Below, piece after piece: positions 38,067 through 48,995 of a stretch of 50,336 bases of DNA. Position 1 is the stretch's first letter. Each line of letters opens with the position of its first letter. The position numbers were made by a program, and so were the translations under genes. The notes under the pieces were generated by a model that did no database searches, was not told the origin of the DNA, and saw nothing but the letters and a program-made list of their open reading frames with translations. Origin of the DNA: a virus (taxonomy: Duplodnaviria; Heunggongvirae; Uroviricota; Caudoviricetes); IMG/VR virus record IMGVR_UViG_2974574029_000001, positions 95,424 through 145,759 of that record; one strand, 5' to 3'.

Positions 38067-38294
38067 TTAAATTTCTTGCAAATATTCAATCATGGTCTCG
38101 AAGCTTTTATTCTTATAGCGTCTAGAAGCCAATGACCAGCCGGGGTACTCATTGTCGGTATCAGTAGTGTACACCATCCACTCACCTGCAACTTTCCTGA
38201 AAAAGCTGACATAGTACGCCCAATTACCGCCCGGAGTAGGATGTCCTGGATACATAAAATAATGGGTTGCTTCTTTAGGTTTGTTCGGAAACAT
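38067..38294 (-). CDS. Hypothetical protein
   Basis: RBS aggag; P..ATHY motif. Confidence 0.7.
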   Translation of the reverse strand: MFPNKPKEATHYFMYPGHPTPGGNWAYYVSFFRKVAGEWMVYTTDTDNEYPGWSLASRRYKNKSFETMIEYLQEI

Positions 38295-38302
38295 GGTATC
38301 TC

Positions 38303-38938
38303 CTATTGTGATAACAGTTTGGTCTTAGCTGCACGTTTTCCTTTGTTACGCTCTTTGCGAGGTATTCCGGTATAAGAAGACCAAGACCTTCCGGTGAAAA
38401 TGTTGCTGATAGTGATCTGTTTCACATCGAACATATCCGCGATGGCCTGCTGACTCATTTTACCACGTAGTTTCAGTATTTTGTCAACATCAGATTCTTT
38501 AAGAACCGCATGTTTACAGTTGTCCCCAGACCTATTTGAATAATCTTGGGGGCTATACTCATTGTTGTAAGAAGGAGTACACCATTCAAGGTTGTCAACA
38601 TGGTTGTTAAGTGGGTTTTCATCCTTATGGTTGACAAGAACAACCTTGTGACCCGCCTTTAAGCATTCGTCAATCAATTCTTGGCTCGGTGGAGCAAGGA
38701 ATGCTTCAGCTACAAGGCGATGCAAGAGCATAGACTTTGGTAAATTTCCAACAATCAATGATGCCTGAAGATACCCATGAGTGTCTTTTGAAGGACTAAG
38801 TATTCTCTCATCGTACACCTGAACCCAACTTGTTACCTGATTCTTATTAACCCTCTCATACCTATTTCTTCGGAGTCTCCCATAATTACTAATACTGTAT
38901 TTCCCCTCCGAAGAGGGGATCTCCTTCCATATTTCCAT
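38303..38938 (-). mobile_element. NUMOD4-HNH homing endonuclease with C-terminal HTH
   Basis: EIWKEIP...YSISNYGR; HRLVAEAF; VNHKDENPLNN.VDNLEWCT..YN. Confidence 0.9.
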
Positions 38939-38964
38939 AGAACTCCTTAAAAATCATAGACTTA

Positions 38965-41630
38965 TCAATGCGAATCTGCCACGTATATCCACAAAGATAT
39001 TCTCCTGTAATTAATACTGGGAGGTTCATAATTCGAGATGCCTTTTCAACACATTTGGTAGCAAGCTCCCCGACAGGGCAATGTAAGATCTTGTACTTAC
39101 CATGTTCGTCAGGTTCTACAATCACCTTCCCAGCTTTGACATAATGCCCATCAAAACAATGCCCTTTTTCGAGCATTTTGTCAACATACTGCTGCGCTAA
39201 CTCCAAGGAAGAATATTCTGTCACCTTTTTGAACTTTTCTGGCACTTGTACCTGAATTTCATCATGGTAATAAATTAATCTTCTGACACCTTCATCGTAC
39301 CATCCCCTTTTAACGATTTCCCAATGGAAAAGAACACCGACCAAGTCAAAAAGAGATGCACCACCATTCTGCTGATAAGCATTCAAAAGAGAGTGCTTAG
39401 AACGAGTCCAAATCTTACGACCATCGAGGCCAGGGATATAACGTTTACCAGTTGCTTCCCAGAAGTTTTCAAGCCACTCTTTACGACCTTTCAAACCAAA
39501 GTTACTATCCCAGAAAGCATCGATTACAGCCTGTGCCTTATCAAGAGAGATATCCAGCATCGATGAAATCTTTGCGGCCTGAGCACCATACATGATCCCA
39601 TAGGTTATACCTTTTCCCCCTGATCGTGTGACTTCCTTTCCTGCCGCAAGGGTATATGCTCTAGCATTTCGTTCATGAGCATCCTCTTCCATCATGATGC
39701 GAAGATATTCACCACCATCAAATTCAAAAGCCCCGGCAGCAGCGATCATACCTTCCAAGTTAGAACCGTCACAACCCATCAGATAATAACCTTCTGGAAC
39801 TGTCCACAAGCTGCGCATCTCTTTACCCAACAACACCTTAGGATCTGGCTTAGGCATGTTTGCACAAATGGTGTGCTTACAACGCCCGGTGTTAGTGATA
39901 CCAGAGAAACGAGCTGGAAGTTTTCCATCAATCGCCAGGCGAGGGTGATTCAACAGCCCTGTATCGTTTTTATCCTCGTCAATCGGGTCGAGAACAGAAC
40001 GACGGTTCCGTAATGACAGCCACTTAACAATCTGTTTAGCCAAGTGAACATCAATCACTTCAAGGTTAGGGCACAGCTTGCCAAAGTTATCCTTCAACTG
40101 TGGTGAAGTCGGCAGTTGACGAGCTTTGCGTCGGAACTTCTTGAAGATCTCCTCGTAAACACGATCAGAACCATGACGATGGTCGAACTTGTTTTCCGAG
40201 ATATTGAACTTTGCGTCACTATTATTTAAGTGCTCAAGAATCAGAGATTTATACTCAGACTCTCCAAGTTCTTCGATGTACTTACGCACCAGGCCATCAA
40301 CCTCCGCATCATCGCGGGTCTTTTTGAACTGGTCTTTCGTCACATCTTTAACACGCCAGAGCGTTGGTTTCCATCCCGCATCGCGGATCAGGTACTTCTT
40401 GATGTCGTCCTGGTTCGAGATCTTCATCGGAACCATCAGGTCTGGCATCTTTCCAGCACGAAGATCGGCAATTGCCTTTTCCATCAGGTCTGGTGGCAAT
40501 GGGACAAGGGTATTCTCTTTCTTTATCTGGCTTCTAATGAAGTCTGGCATCGCTGCCGGGTCTTCAACACCATTCTGGATACAGTATCTTTCCCCTGCTG
40601 CACTTACATCACCGTTACCTTTAAACGCCGTCTTCGGTGGACCTTTGAATTCCAGCGCTTCACGATTAACCGGATATCCCAGCTTGTATTCTAACCAATT
40701 CCATCCGTGATGGGAAATTCTTCCTGCGCCATCAAAAGGATTAGCTGGGAATTTTGGTTGTTGAGACTTTGTCATCTCTTTAAGCGGGAGTTGGGGTTCA
40801 ACCTCCTCTTCTACTTCTTTCATCATCACGTCGATACGATCGCGCAGCTGTTCAGCTTCATGTTTATTGAATGGAACACCCTGAATTTCTTGCTCAATCA
40901 TCAGGTAGTCAGTCAACATACGACGACGGAGGGCATTTTTCCAGTTGATCTGCCGCATCCCTTCCGGCTTATCTTTATACATGAACTGCTTGTCATCAGG
41001 CCAGCGAACACCTGTAGACTCATCGATCAGGGATTGCCATGTCAATTCGTTGATTAAAACGTCTTCCCAGACACGGTTAACGTATTCCCACAACGGTTGG
41101 TTACGCCAGTCATCGATCTGAACTTTCTTGTTTGCTACGCGGTAGCCCCAGGCTAACAAACCATGAGGACCTACACGGTCTCGCTTCCCGGTTACCGGGT
41201 TAACAACAGAATCAGGACAACCGTTAGGCAATGGACGGTCAGGATAAAGCACACGGCTCATAGAGAGGGTGTCGTAGAGATTTACCTGTGTATCTCCAAT
41301 CGTCCCCATGCACTTCGGGTCTTTGAACATATCATATTCAATGCCTGATAACTTCTTCCACAGACGCAGATCATAACCAAACAGGTTGTGACACGCAATG
41401 GCTCTACAAGTCTTGAGGAAGCTTTCCAGCTCGTCGTATGAACGAATTGTAAGGTTAGCATCCTTCTTGCTTCTAGCAAAGGCTACAGCGCTTTCATATT
41501 CAGGGTGTGCGGGATCTAAAAACAGATTCCAGTTGTTGACCCCAAATTCTTTCAGCAAAGTACAATGGTACTTCGTTACTTCGTCTAACAGGCCGTCGGC
41601 CTCGTTATCCAGTATAAACAGACCTTTAAT
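38965..41630 (-). CDS. Family A DNA polymerase with 3'-5' exonuclease (888 aa; ATT start, one G missing at ~38979)
   Basis: ExoI DNE; HNLFGYD; motif A GCDGSNLE; motif B R..GKGITYG; motif C YHDE; end W-A-D-S-H*. Confidence 0.9.
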
Positions 41631-41656
41631 GACTCCTCCTATTCAAGGCTGCTTGA

Positions 41657-42280
41657 CTATACTGTCGCAGCGTCTTGTCTCATTTTATAAGCAATGCCCT
41701 TTAATCTTGCAACAAGTTCGGGATTGGCATAATCCTTCCCTTCGTAGTCCTCAACCATCTCAGCCAGCAATTTAGATTTTGCTAGCAACCATGCTTTATG
41801 GGCCTCCAACGGAGTCGAAAATCTACCCAGTGTTTTGGAAGATGTTTGTGCTCGATAAAGCCCCCTATCCAAAGAAACACCCATTGGCAATCCATTCTTA
41901 CTTATGGAACAGTTAACCAACAAGGAATTTAGTTTTTTAGGGACAAATACACAAGTGTCTGGACCATAGACCCTGTTTCCCTCCACCAAGAGATCTTTAT
42001 CAAGGTCCAGCCCTTCTCCGTTGAGCCATGCCTCGTGGCATGGCTGTGACTGGACCCACTTTTTAAAACGCGAAAATACTAACCATTCTTCACAGATATA
42101 GACATCGGCATATGTTTTCCTCCTGTTTTTGAATTTTTTAGAAATACCCCTTTCCAACATACTTCTCCAAAGAGTGTGGTACGGGCATCTCCACAAGGTT
42201 ACCTTTTTTCCCTCTATTGTTACTGACTTGGTAACGGGATAGTCGGCATCGTTTATCCCCATACCACACTTATTGGTCAT
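41657..42280 (-). mobile_element. HNH homing endonuclease (207 aa)
   Basis: GMGIND; W.SML.R; LDKDLL..GNRVY.PDTC.FVP..LN; paralog of 30682-31365. Confidence 0.8.
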
Positions 42281-42291
42281 AATAAACGTCC

Positions 42292-44297
42292 TTAGAACGG
42301 AGTATCGTTATCAAAGTCCTGTGGATTAGGAAGTTGAACAGAAGCTTCTGCTACAGGCGCTGGGACATTGACCTTTCCAACCGGAGTTTCCAGGGATAGT
42401 TGATGGATCAAACTCTGAGGACGAAGCATAACTTCACCATTAAGCTTGAACATTCCATCTTCCCATTCCCAACCGGAAGCATCGGAGAACTGCCCGTTGT
42501 CATCCATAACCATTGTATCAGCGATGCCCAGTTTTTTGTGTGGGCGGTTCTTCAGCACCACGATACGTACACGTCCACGGGAGCGGTCAGGAAGCTCTTC
42601 TGGTTCAACACCCAGAACCACCCATGAGAGTTGTTCAAGGGCCGCAGAACCGCGCAGGTCTTCTTTACGGACCGGATACCAGAACGGTAATAGATTCCCA
42701 TCTTTATCTTTTGGAAGCTGAAGTTCTTTACGCTTCATGTGGCTGATTGATAAGATGAAAACATCGTACTTCTTACAGAAAGCTGCCAGCTCGGTCATGA
42801 TGTTATCAAGGTCTCGACGTTCGTTGTCGGACTTAAGACCAGAGATTACCATCGACAGGTGGTCGAGGATGATCCACTTACAACCATCAAGGAACACCAT
42901 CTGCTTAAGTTTCTGAATAAGCTGGTCTGTCGGGATAGAGCCGAAGTGATCAAAGATCTTGATCTTGTCTTCCCGAATCCAGCGTTGGTGAATCTCAAGG
43001 TGTTGCTCCTCAGTTAAGAACTGTTCCGGGTCAGCAACAAATGCCTTAGGGTCCACCTTCAGCTCTTCAGCATACAAGCTGTTTACAGACTCTTCTTCAT
43101 CCTCTTCAAGACGAATGATGGCTACTTTCTCACTCTCTGTCCAGCCATCGAGGCGGGGGATTGACATATCACGAAGATAATCGATGATCGCATATTCAAT
43201 CTTACGCGAGATTGTAGACTTACCACCACCAGACGGGCCTGTCAATGTCCAAAGTTCACCAGTACGAGGACCACGGGTCAGGTTATAGAGACCCGGCATA
43301 CCCGGCAATGGAACACCATCTTTTTTCTTCTTGCGAAGGTTTTCAATGGTGATATCCTTAAGGCCTATAAGCTTATCAGGAACATAGCGATCGTCTGCTT
43401 TGGTAAACATGGCGTAAAGCTCGCGTACCTTACCAGCATCATATATGTCACGAATGTCTTTGAAACCATCCGGGTCATTACGCTCGTTAGGATATCGCAC
43501 AACGTAAATGTTTTCTGAAAGCAGGAAGCTGGCTACATCGTCGGTTGCTTCTTTACCTTTCTTTATTTTCTTTTCTTTTTCTAACGCTGTTGCTTCATCG
43601 TTATCAAAACCTAAGACTACCTTCTCATAACTGCGAATGAACTTCTCGTTGTTTGCGAAAGTATCAACAGCGTTAGCAGTACCGCAGTTTAACCCGACAT
43701 AAGGTAGTGTCGGAAGGCCACCAATGTCCTCATCGTTCTGGATATGGCGAATACCCTTTAAGACACTGTCGGCCCAGTCCTTTACACCCTTGCTGGCCTT
43801 AGTGCTTGCAGACATGGCCTTAACCATTTCATACGCTGCCTGCCATGCGGCGCATACGTCACCTTCACCTTCCACGATATTGATCTGTTTACGACCAACA
43901 CCCATAGAGCTTCATGCTGCCCGAAGAACTGAGATGATGCCTTAACAGCACCAACAGTTGAAAAGTGACCTGTCTTTTCCTTCTGCAATGTCCAGTCACG
44001 TTTCTTGAATCCCGTCAGTTTCCCATACTTATCATAATAGGGCAAGTATGTTGCTACCGGGGTGATACCATCCGCCGGGGATACCGCAGAACGGATCTTA
44101 AAATACTGTGCTGCTTCAAGAGAGAGACTCATTTCGGGAACAGCCATGATGCGGGTGCCAGACAGCACTGATTCCAGGGTCTCTTCTACTCGATTGTTAC
44201 TATAACTCAACTTGCCTCCGCGATTACTTCCAAAACCTGCTCTTGGGTTTTCATTGCCACCTTTGCGATACGCCGCCCAATCCGGTCCATTACCCAT
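42292..44297 (-). CDS. DNA primase-helicase (668 aa after restoring one base at ~43908)
   Basis: TOPRIM IVEGEGD and FDND; Walker A GPSGGGKS; ILDHLS; LRGSAALEQ; KNR. Confidence 0.9.
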
Positions 44298-44856
44298 TAC
44301 ATCTCCTATTACGAACCTCTCTAATAGCAGGCCCTATTATGGTCATCATCTCTTCTACAGAAAAGAAATCACTTCTAGCCTTGTTGCAGACAGAACAACA
44401 CGGCAGGACGTTTTCAACCGAATGTCCAATAGAATTGTCGATACGATCAAGACCAACATCCCCCTTATCACCACAATAGATACAAGGGCTTCGTATAATC
44501 CTTCTGACATCTTCAAGGGTAAGATCAGAAACCCTACCCTTTATCTTGTCGAGACGAGAATAGTTATTGAACAACACCTTATCACGGTTAGACTCCCGAT
44601 ATCTTTTTCCTCTTTCCCTCCTTTTCTTGAGGTACTCAATATCATTTCTTGATGCTAAGTGTTTCTCTTTTTGGTCTTTATACTGACACGACCTGCAAAT
44701 GGAGGATACCCTATTACCACCTTTTGTATTTATCCTGAAATTCTTATGGGTACATTCCTTTTCCTCCCCACATTTCTTACAGACCTGCATTCCACCGTAT
44801 TCTTTTTTTGAAGAAGATTCGGTGAACTTTCCAAGGTCGTCTCTTTCACGAGTCAC
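44290..44856 (-). mobile_element. HNH-type endonuclease
   Basis: CxxC ribbon; CIYCG...GLDRIDNSIGH..ENVLPCC..CN. Confidence 0.8.
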
Positions 44857-45545
44857 TTATTTGCCTCATAAACTGCAATTGCCAAAGACCTCGGGGTACA
44901 ACTGCGTATGTTTTTTGTTTTCAAAGATTTTCCTCCGCATTTTTTCCATCCCGGATTGTCCTTGTATAAGGATGGCAACGGCTTTTTCTCTGGGCCAATA
45001 AAGTTATTTCCCCACCAAAGGCAAGTCTTTTTCTTGTACTGATCCCGTGGGGGATATATATGCGGGTAGAGTGGATGAACATCTATCAAAGGTAGCCAAC
45101 CACCAAGATCACAAGGATCAAACATGTAATCAGGTTTTCGATACATTGAAGAGAGAACACCGACAGGGTTTTCAAAGGCCCACGGAACATTATATAAATC
45201 TCCAACCTTCTCTACCAATAGGCAAAGTTCCATTGCTTCTTTCTGGAAGTTAGGGTTTGCTGCTCTTTTCTTAGCCCAATGACGTGAACCTGCATTGGTC
45301 AGGTGAGTACATTCCGGGAAACCAAAGACGATGTGAACATTGTCACCAACCATTTCTTTGATCTCTTGAGCTTGTTGAACGGTCTTGTCGTGGAAGAACC
45401 ACATCCCGACTTTAACAAGGTCACCCTCGCGGGTGACTCCTGGTGAATGTTGACCATCAAAAGTCCAAACTTCATAGCCAGCCTCTAACCAAGGACGGGC
45501 CATGACCGAAGTGTAATCATAAAGAATGATCACTTTCTTCTTCAA
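44853..45545 (-). CDS. DNA cytosine-C5 methyltransferase (TTG start)
   Basis: GFPECTHL catalytic motif; ENPVG; KKTCLW; RBS ggagg. Confidence 0.75.
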   Translation of the reverse strand: MKKKVIILYDYTSVMARPWLEAGYEVWTFDGQHSPGVTREGDLVKVGMWFFHDKTVQQAQEIKEMVGDNVHIVFGFPECTHLTNAGSRHWAKKRAANPNFQKEAMELCLLVEKVGDLYNVPWAFENPVGVLSSMYRKPDYMFDPCDLGGWLPLIDVHPLYPHIYPPRDQYKKKTCLWWGNNFIGPEKKPLPSLYKDNPGWKKCGGKSLKTKNIRSCTPRSLAIAVYEANK

Positions 45546-45555
45546 ACGGCCTCCC

Positions 45556-45774
45556 TTAGTGGAAACTGACCCCTTGGTGATCGGCATTTGTTACCGTACC
45601 CGTCATGGAAATTGGAATAATTTTAACTAGGGTGTAGGTCAGATATCTAGCGCTTTCAGATTGCCCTGCGATAGTATATCCTTCATCAAGATGTTCTGCC
45701 AACACTTTAGCCACGTAATTTGGACCACTGTGGTTATTGAATTCGAATTCGACGACTTTAACTTCGTGTTTCAT
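45556..45774 (-). CDS. Hypothetical protein
   Basis: RBS gaggag; TAATG coupling. Confidence 0.65.
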   Translation of the reverse strand: MKHEVKVVEFEFNNHSGPNYVAKVLAEHLDEGYTIAGQSESARYLTYTLVKIIPISMTGTVTNADHQGVSFH

Positions 45775-46058
45775 TAAAACTCCTCCTCTTCCTGGAAGCA
45801 ACCTACAATTTCAAGATTGCGAATATACTCGCGTAAATGATGGTATAGGACATCATCTGGAATGTCAACGTAGATCTGTTTATCTCCAGAGAATACAGCA
45901 TAATACTCCAAATCCTGGAAACCGTTGTAATCTACATCGCTTTCACGACTGTTACGGTCGCCTTCCATCACAGAATAAAGTGCTTCGACGGTGACGACAC
46001 CCGCAGTAGGGTGGTCATAACTGAATTCGATCTCTACAGGAAGTGCGGCTTTACTCAT
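45774..46058 (-). CDS. Hypothetical acidic protein
   Basis: RBS gagga. Confidence 0.7.
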   Translation of the reverse strand: MSKAALPVEIEFSYDHPTAGVVTVEALYSVMEGDRNSRESDVDYNGFQDLEYYAVFSGDKQIYVDIPDDVLYHHLREYIRNLEIVGCFQEEEEF

Positions 46059-46287
46059 TAAGTCCTCTCGCTTCTAAATTAATTACGAACGCGCCTTCTC
46101 CACGGCGAAGCTCGGTATCATCACGCCAGTCACGGAACATTCCCCCGGCGCGACCATGAAAATATATGCACTTATCGGTTATCCGGGTAATCTCCCCGAA
46201 TTCCCACTTTTTTGCTCCAGCATTGCCTTGAGAGAAGGCGATCTTGTCGCCAACTCTCGCCTCATTCCCAAAACAATCTTTGATCAT
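46051..46287 (-). CDS. Hypothetical protein (D..G....VGD family)
   Basis: SH3-like N-terminal pattern. Confidence 0.7.
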   Translation of the reverse strand: MIKDCFGNEARVGDKIAFSQGNAGAKKWEFGEITRITDKCIYFHGRAGGMFRDWRDDTELRRGEGAFVINLEARGLNE

Positions 46288-46766
46288 TTAGACTCCAGTT
46301 CGGCCTTTAATTCAATATTCTGGTCAATCAGTGCCTCGATAAACTGAATTGCATGGACTGCTGCACTATGACAACCGTCATCAAACAACTTCCGGCTCAC
46401 ATCATTACGTAAAGCGGCTGCATCACCATGCAGGCGAGTTTCCATATAAGTGCTTATGGTATTCCACGCGTTAGCACCAGAACTTAGATATTCCAGAACT
46501 GCCAGCACATTCTGAGGGCAGGCAGTCGCAATGTATGTTGCATCCATATCATTGCGCCAAGCCGAAAGATTACCTGTGTTCTCATGGCGCACAACCGGAC
46601 CCATATTCCCGTCTGTCACAAACACTGTTTCCATGCCAGCATCTTCCGTTGAAAATGCAACCATAGCATGACCATGTGAATCTATCCACCACTTACCTGG
46701 TGTTGCTTGTCTTGCGATGCGCTCCAAATCATCAATAAGCTTACAAATATTTTCACGATTTTTCAT
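46284..46766 (-). CDS. Ead/Ea22-like protein
   Basis: A..ATPGKW and DATYIA.A.PQNVLAVL motifs. Confidence 0.6.
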   Translation of the reverse strand: MKNRENICKLIDDLERIARQATPGKWWIDSHGHAMVAFSTEDAGMETVFVTDGNMGPVVRHENTGNLSAWRNDMDATYIATACPQNVLAVLEYLSSGANAWNTISTYMETRLHGDAAALRNDVSRKLFDDGCHSAAVHAIQFIEALIDQNIELKAELESK

Positions 46767-47067
46767 CTTCTGCACCTTCATAACGAGTCAGGGTCAATTT
46801 AGTAACTGTCAGGCTTACACATTCTGAAGTTTCTACCACAAAAGTATTCCAAGCGCCATCAATAACTACGACAATGAAGTCACCAACCGCAGGCGGCAGA
46901 TCCGCAAGTTTCAGGGCAACCACTGCCTCTGCGTATTCACCATCATTGATGACTCGTATAGCGATATCATGTCCAGGACCTTGTTCTGTGAAGTCAAATA
47001 CCCGAACTTCATTTTCTGTGGTTTCATCCTCTTTGGCAAAGAGCCAGTTAATTAGACGTTTGAACAT
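46753..47067 (-). CDS. Hypothetical protein
   Basis: Start MFKRLINWLF. Confidence 0.65.
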   Translation of the reverse strand: MFKRLINWLFAKEDETTENEVRVFDFTEQGPGHDIAIRVINDGEYAEAVVALKLADLPPAVGDFIVVVIDGAWNTFVVETSECVSLTVTKLTLTRYEGAEDEKS

Positions 47068-47230
47068 TCTTCGCCCTCTTGACAATTTCATGAATTATGT
47101 CTTGGAGTCTTTCCCACGCTTCCAGTTCAGCTTGCTGCATCTCATCGTGATAATCTTGAGCGATATCACGGAGTTTCATTAGCTTTTCTGTTGTTACCTT
47201 ACTCAGGTCAGTGAAGTCTTCAACCTGCAT
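47048..47230 (-). CDS. Small coiled-coil hypothetical protein
   Basis: RBS gaggag before MQVEDF. Confidence 0.6.
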   Translation of the reverse strand: MQVEDFTDLSKVTTEKLMKLRDIAQDYHDEMQQAELEAWERLQDIIHEIVKRAKNVQTSN

Positions 47231-47678
47231 TTTTGTTCTCCTCATAGAACTTAATCCACTTCTTAGTTGATTTGATACCACCTTCCAAAGACTTGTCCCT
47301 CTGAACCGCCACCTGCTCAACAATACGGTTCTGTAGAGCAAAACTCATGCGATCCCCCAACCTACGGAATGGATTCCCCTTGTACCCATTGCCATTATGG
47401 ATGCTAACTGCATCCTGTAACGAGATAAAGAATGGGCGACAAAGCTTTTTACATCGAGGGAATGCAAGCTGGTAGCCAAAGCGACCATCTTTAACTTCTG
47501 GGAAGTTAGAAAGACGACGAGGGACATACCCATAAGCAGACATCATCTCGTCAAGAGAGGCCATTTGGATGTGGGTAGTGTCCATAGCTTTTTCAGAGCG
47601 AGGAACCTGCCATTGATTCCATACTTCAAGTTCTTTGCGGAACTTTTCTACCAGCTCCAGACGAGAATATGATGCCAT
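47220..47678 (-). CDS. Hypothetical protein
   Basis: RBS aggag. Confidence 0.7.
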   Translation of the reverse strand: MASYSRLELVEKFRKELEVWNQWQVPRSEKAMDTTHIQMASLDEMMSAYGYVPRRLSNFPEVKDGRFGYQLAFPRCKKLCRPFFISLQDAVSIHNGNGYKGNPFRRLGDRMSFALQNRIVEQVAVQRDKSLEGGIKSTKKWIKFYEENKNAG

Positions 47679-47687
47679 TATTTTCTC

Positions 47688-48995
47688 CTAAAATTTTCCT
47701 GGGAATGTGTCTTTGTAGAATTTAACAATTCTTTGGTCTACGATAATATCACGTTCTTTAACCGGACGCAACAATCTTAAACCTTTTGTAGAAGTGGCCC
47801 TGCTAAAGGCAACATAGGCCATCCCAGGAGCAAAAGCTCCATAACCAAAGTCTATATTAACCTCTGGCAAAGTCAAGCCTTGAGCTTTGTGAATGGTCAC
47901 TGCATAACCAAGGCGAATGGGTAAGTTTGTGTATGTTCCAACAACAATCTTTTCCAATTCCTCTTCAGTCTTACCATTCTTGATAACCTTTCTTGGGAAG
48001 TATTCAACATTTTCCCAGACATTCTTTTCGATCTCTACAACCTTGCCGTCTTCCAGTTCTACATCTACCGAAAACTTCCTTAGGGCCTTGATGATACCCC
48101 GTGTTCCGTTTACAAATTTAGGACCGTCTTCATCTGGATTCTGATCATTAACGGTGATCATGACACGAGTCCCTACCTTGAGGTGTAGACTCTCAGCAAC
48201 TGGACGCTGGGCAAAATCTCCTGTTTTGGAGGCTTTGTAAATAACCTCTTCACCCTGTATCTGATCGTAATGCTTTTTGTTGATACGCTCCGCTGCGGCA
48301 TTAGTTGAAGTTAGGGTAATCGCATTCAGTGCTGCACCTTTTGAATAGCACTGATTGTTGAGGAATTTAACTATTTCATCAATACGCTCGCCTTTCCTCA
48401 TATGATTCAATAGCGATGAAAAATGCACGCTGTTTTGACGATAAATCTTGTCAAGAAGTACAGGGTATGGATTTATCTCTCTCCAAGTGTCTGAGAAACA
48501 CGACAATTCTGTGCTGTGGAGTTCGAAGTAAGCGTTTTCTTCAGAATCTGTCAGAACTGGAGGATTCTGAAAGAAATCACCAAACATGATGACCTGAAGA
48601 CCGCCGAAAGCTTTCTTAGGCTCCCTTCTCGCAACACGTAGTTTCTGATCCATTTCCCACAATTTGTCGGCTCGCACCATAGATATTTCATCAATAATGA
48701 TACGCTCAAGAGATTTGCTTTTTAAAAGTTTTTTAGGTTTAGTTTTTACTGTCTTACCATCATCTTCTGTGGCTATCCCCATTGATAACCCGAAAGCTCG
48801 ATGAGTTGTCATTCCATCAACATTAAGTGAAGCGACCCCTGTCGGGGCCACTGTCAATGTTGAGCTGGAGTACAGGGATTGGATAGTTTTGATCAGATGA
48901 CTCTTACCACTACCACCCGGACCTGTGATGAAAACGTTCTTGCCTTCGATGATAGCACCTAAGGCCTCTTCCGTTCCCACTCCAAAATCAGACAT
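47688..48995 (-). CDS. PIF1/RecD-like SF1B DNA helicase
   Basis: ITGPGGSGKS; APTGVA; IIDEISM; FGDFFQ..PV; YAVTIHKAQG; YVAFSR. Confidence 0.9.
   Translation of the reverse strand: MSDFGVGTEEALGAIIEGKNVFITGPGGSGKSHLIKTIQSLYSSSTLTVAPTGVASLNVDGMTTHRAFGLSMGIATEDDGKTVKTKPKKLLKSKSLERIIIDEISMVRADKLWEMDQKLRVARREPKKAFGGLQVIMFGDFFQNPPVLTDSEENAYFELHSTELSCFSDTWREINPYPVLLDKIYRQNSVHFSSLLNHMRKGERIDEIVKFLNNQCYSKGAALNAITLTSTNAAAERINKKHYDQIQGEEVIYKASKTGDFAQRPVAESLHLKVGTRVMITVNDQNPDEDGPKFVNGTRGIIKALRKFSVDVELEDGKVVEIEKNVWENVEYFPRKVIKNGKTEEELEKIVVGTYTNLPIRLGYAVTIHKAQGLTLPEVNIDFGYGAFAPGMAYVAFSRATSTKGLRLLRPVKERDIIVDQRIVKFYKDTFPGKF

Noticed and set aside
38889-38985. Extended DNA polymerase C-terminus overlapping the HNH gene
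   Set aside because: Restoring one G gives the typical W-A-D-S-H* ending at 38965
38303-42280. Group I introns or inteins in DNA polymerase
   Set aside because: Polymerase motifs are continuous in one frame; both HNH genes lie outside it
43782-43920. Split primase and helicase genes or an intron
   Set aside because: One missing base rejoins them in frame; no intervening sequence
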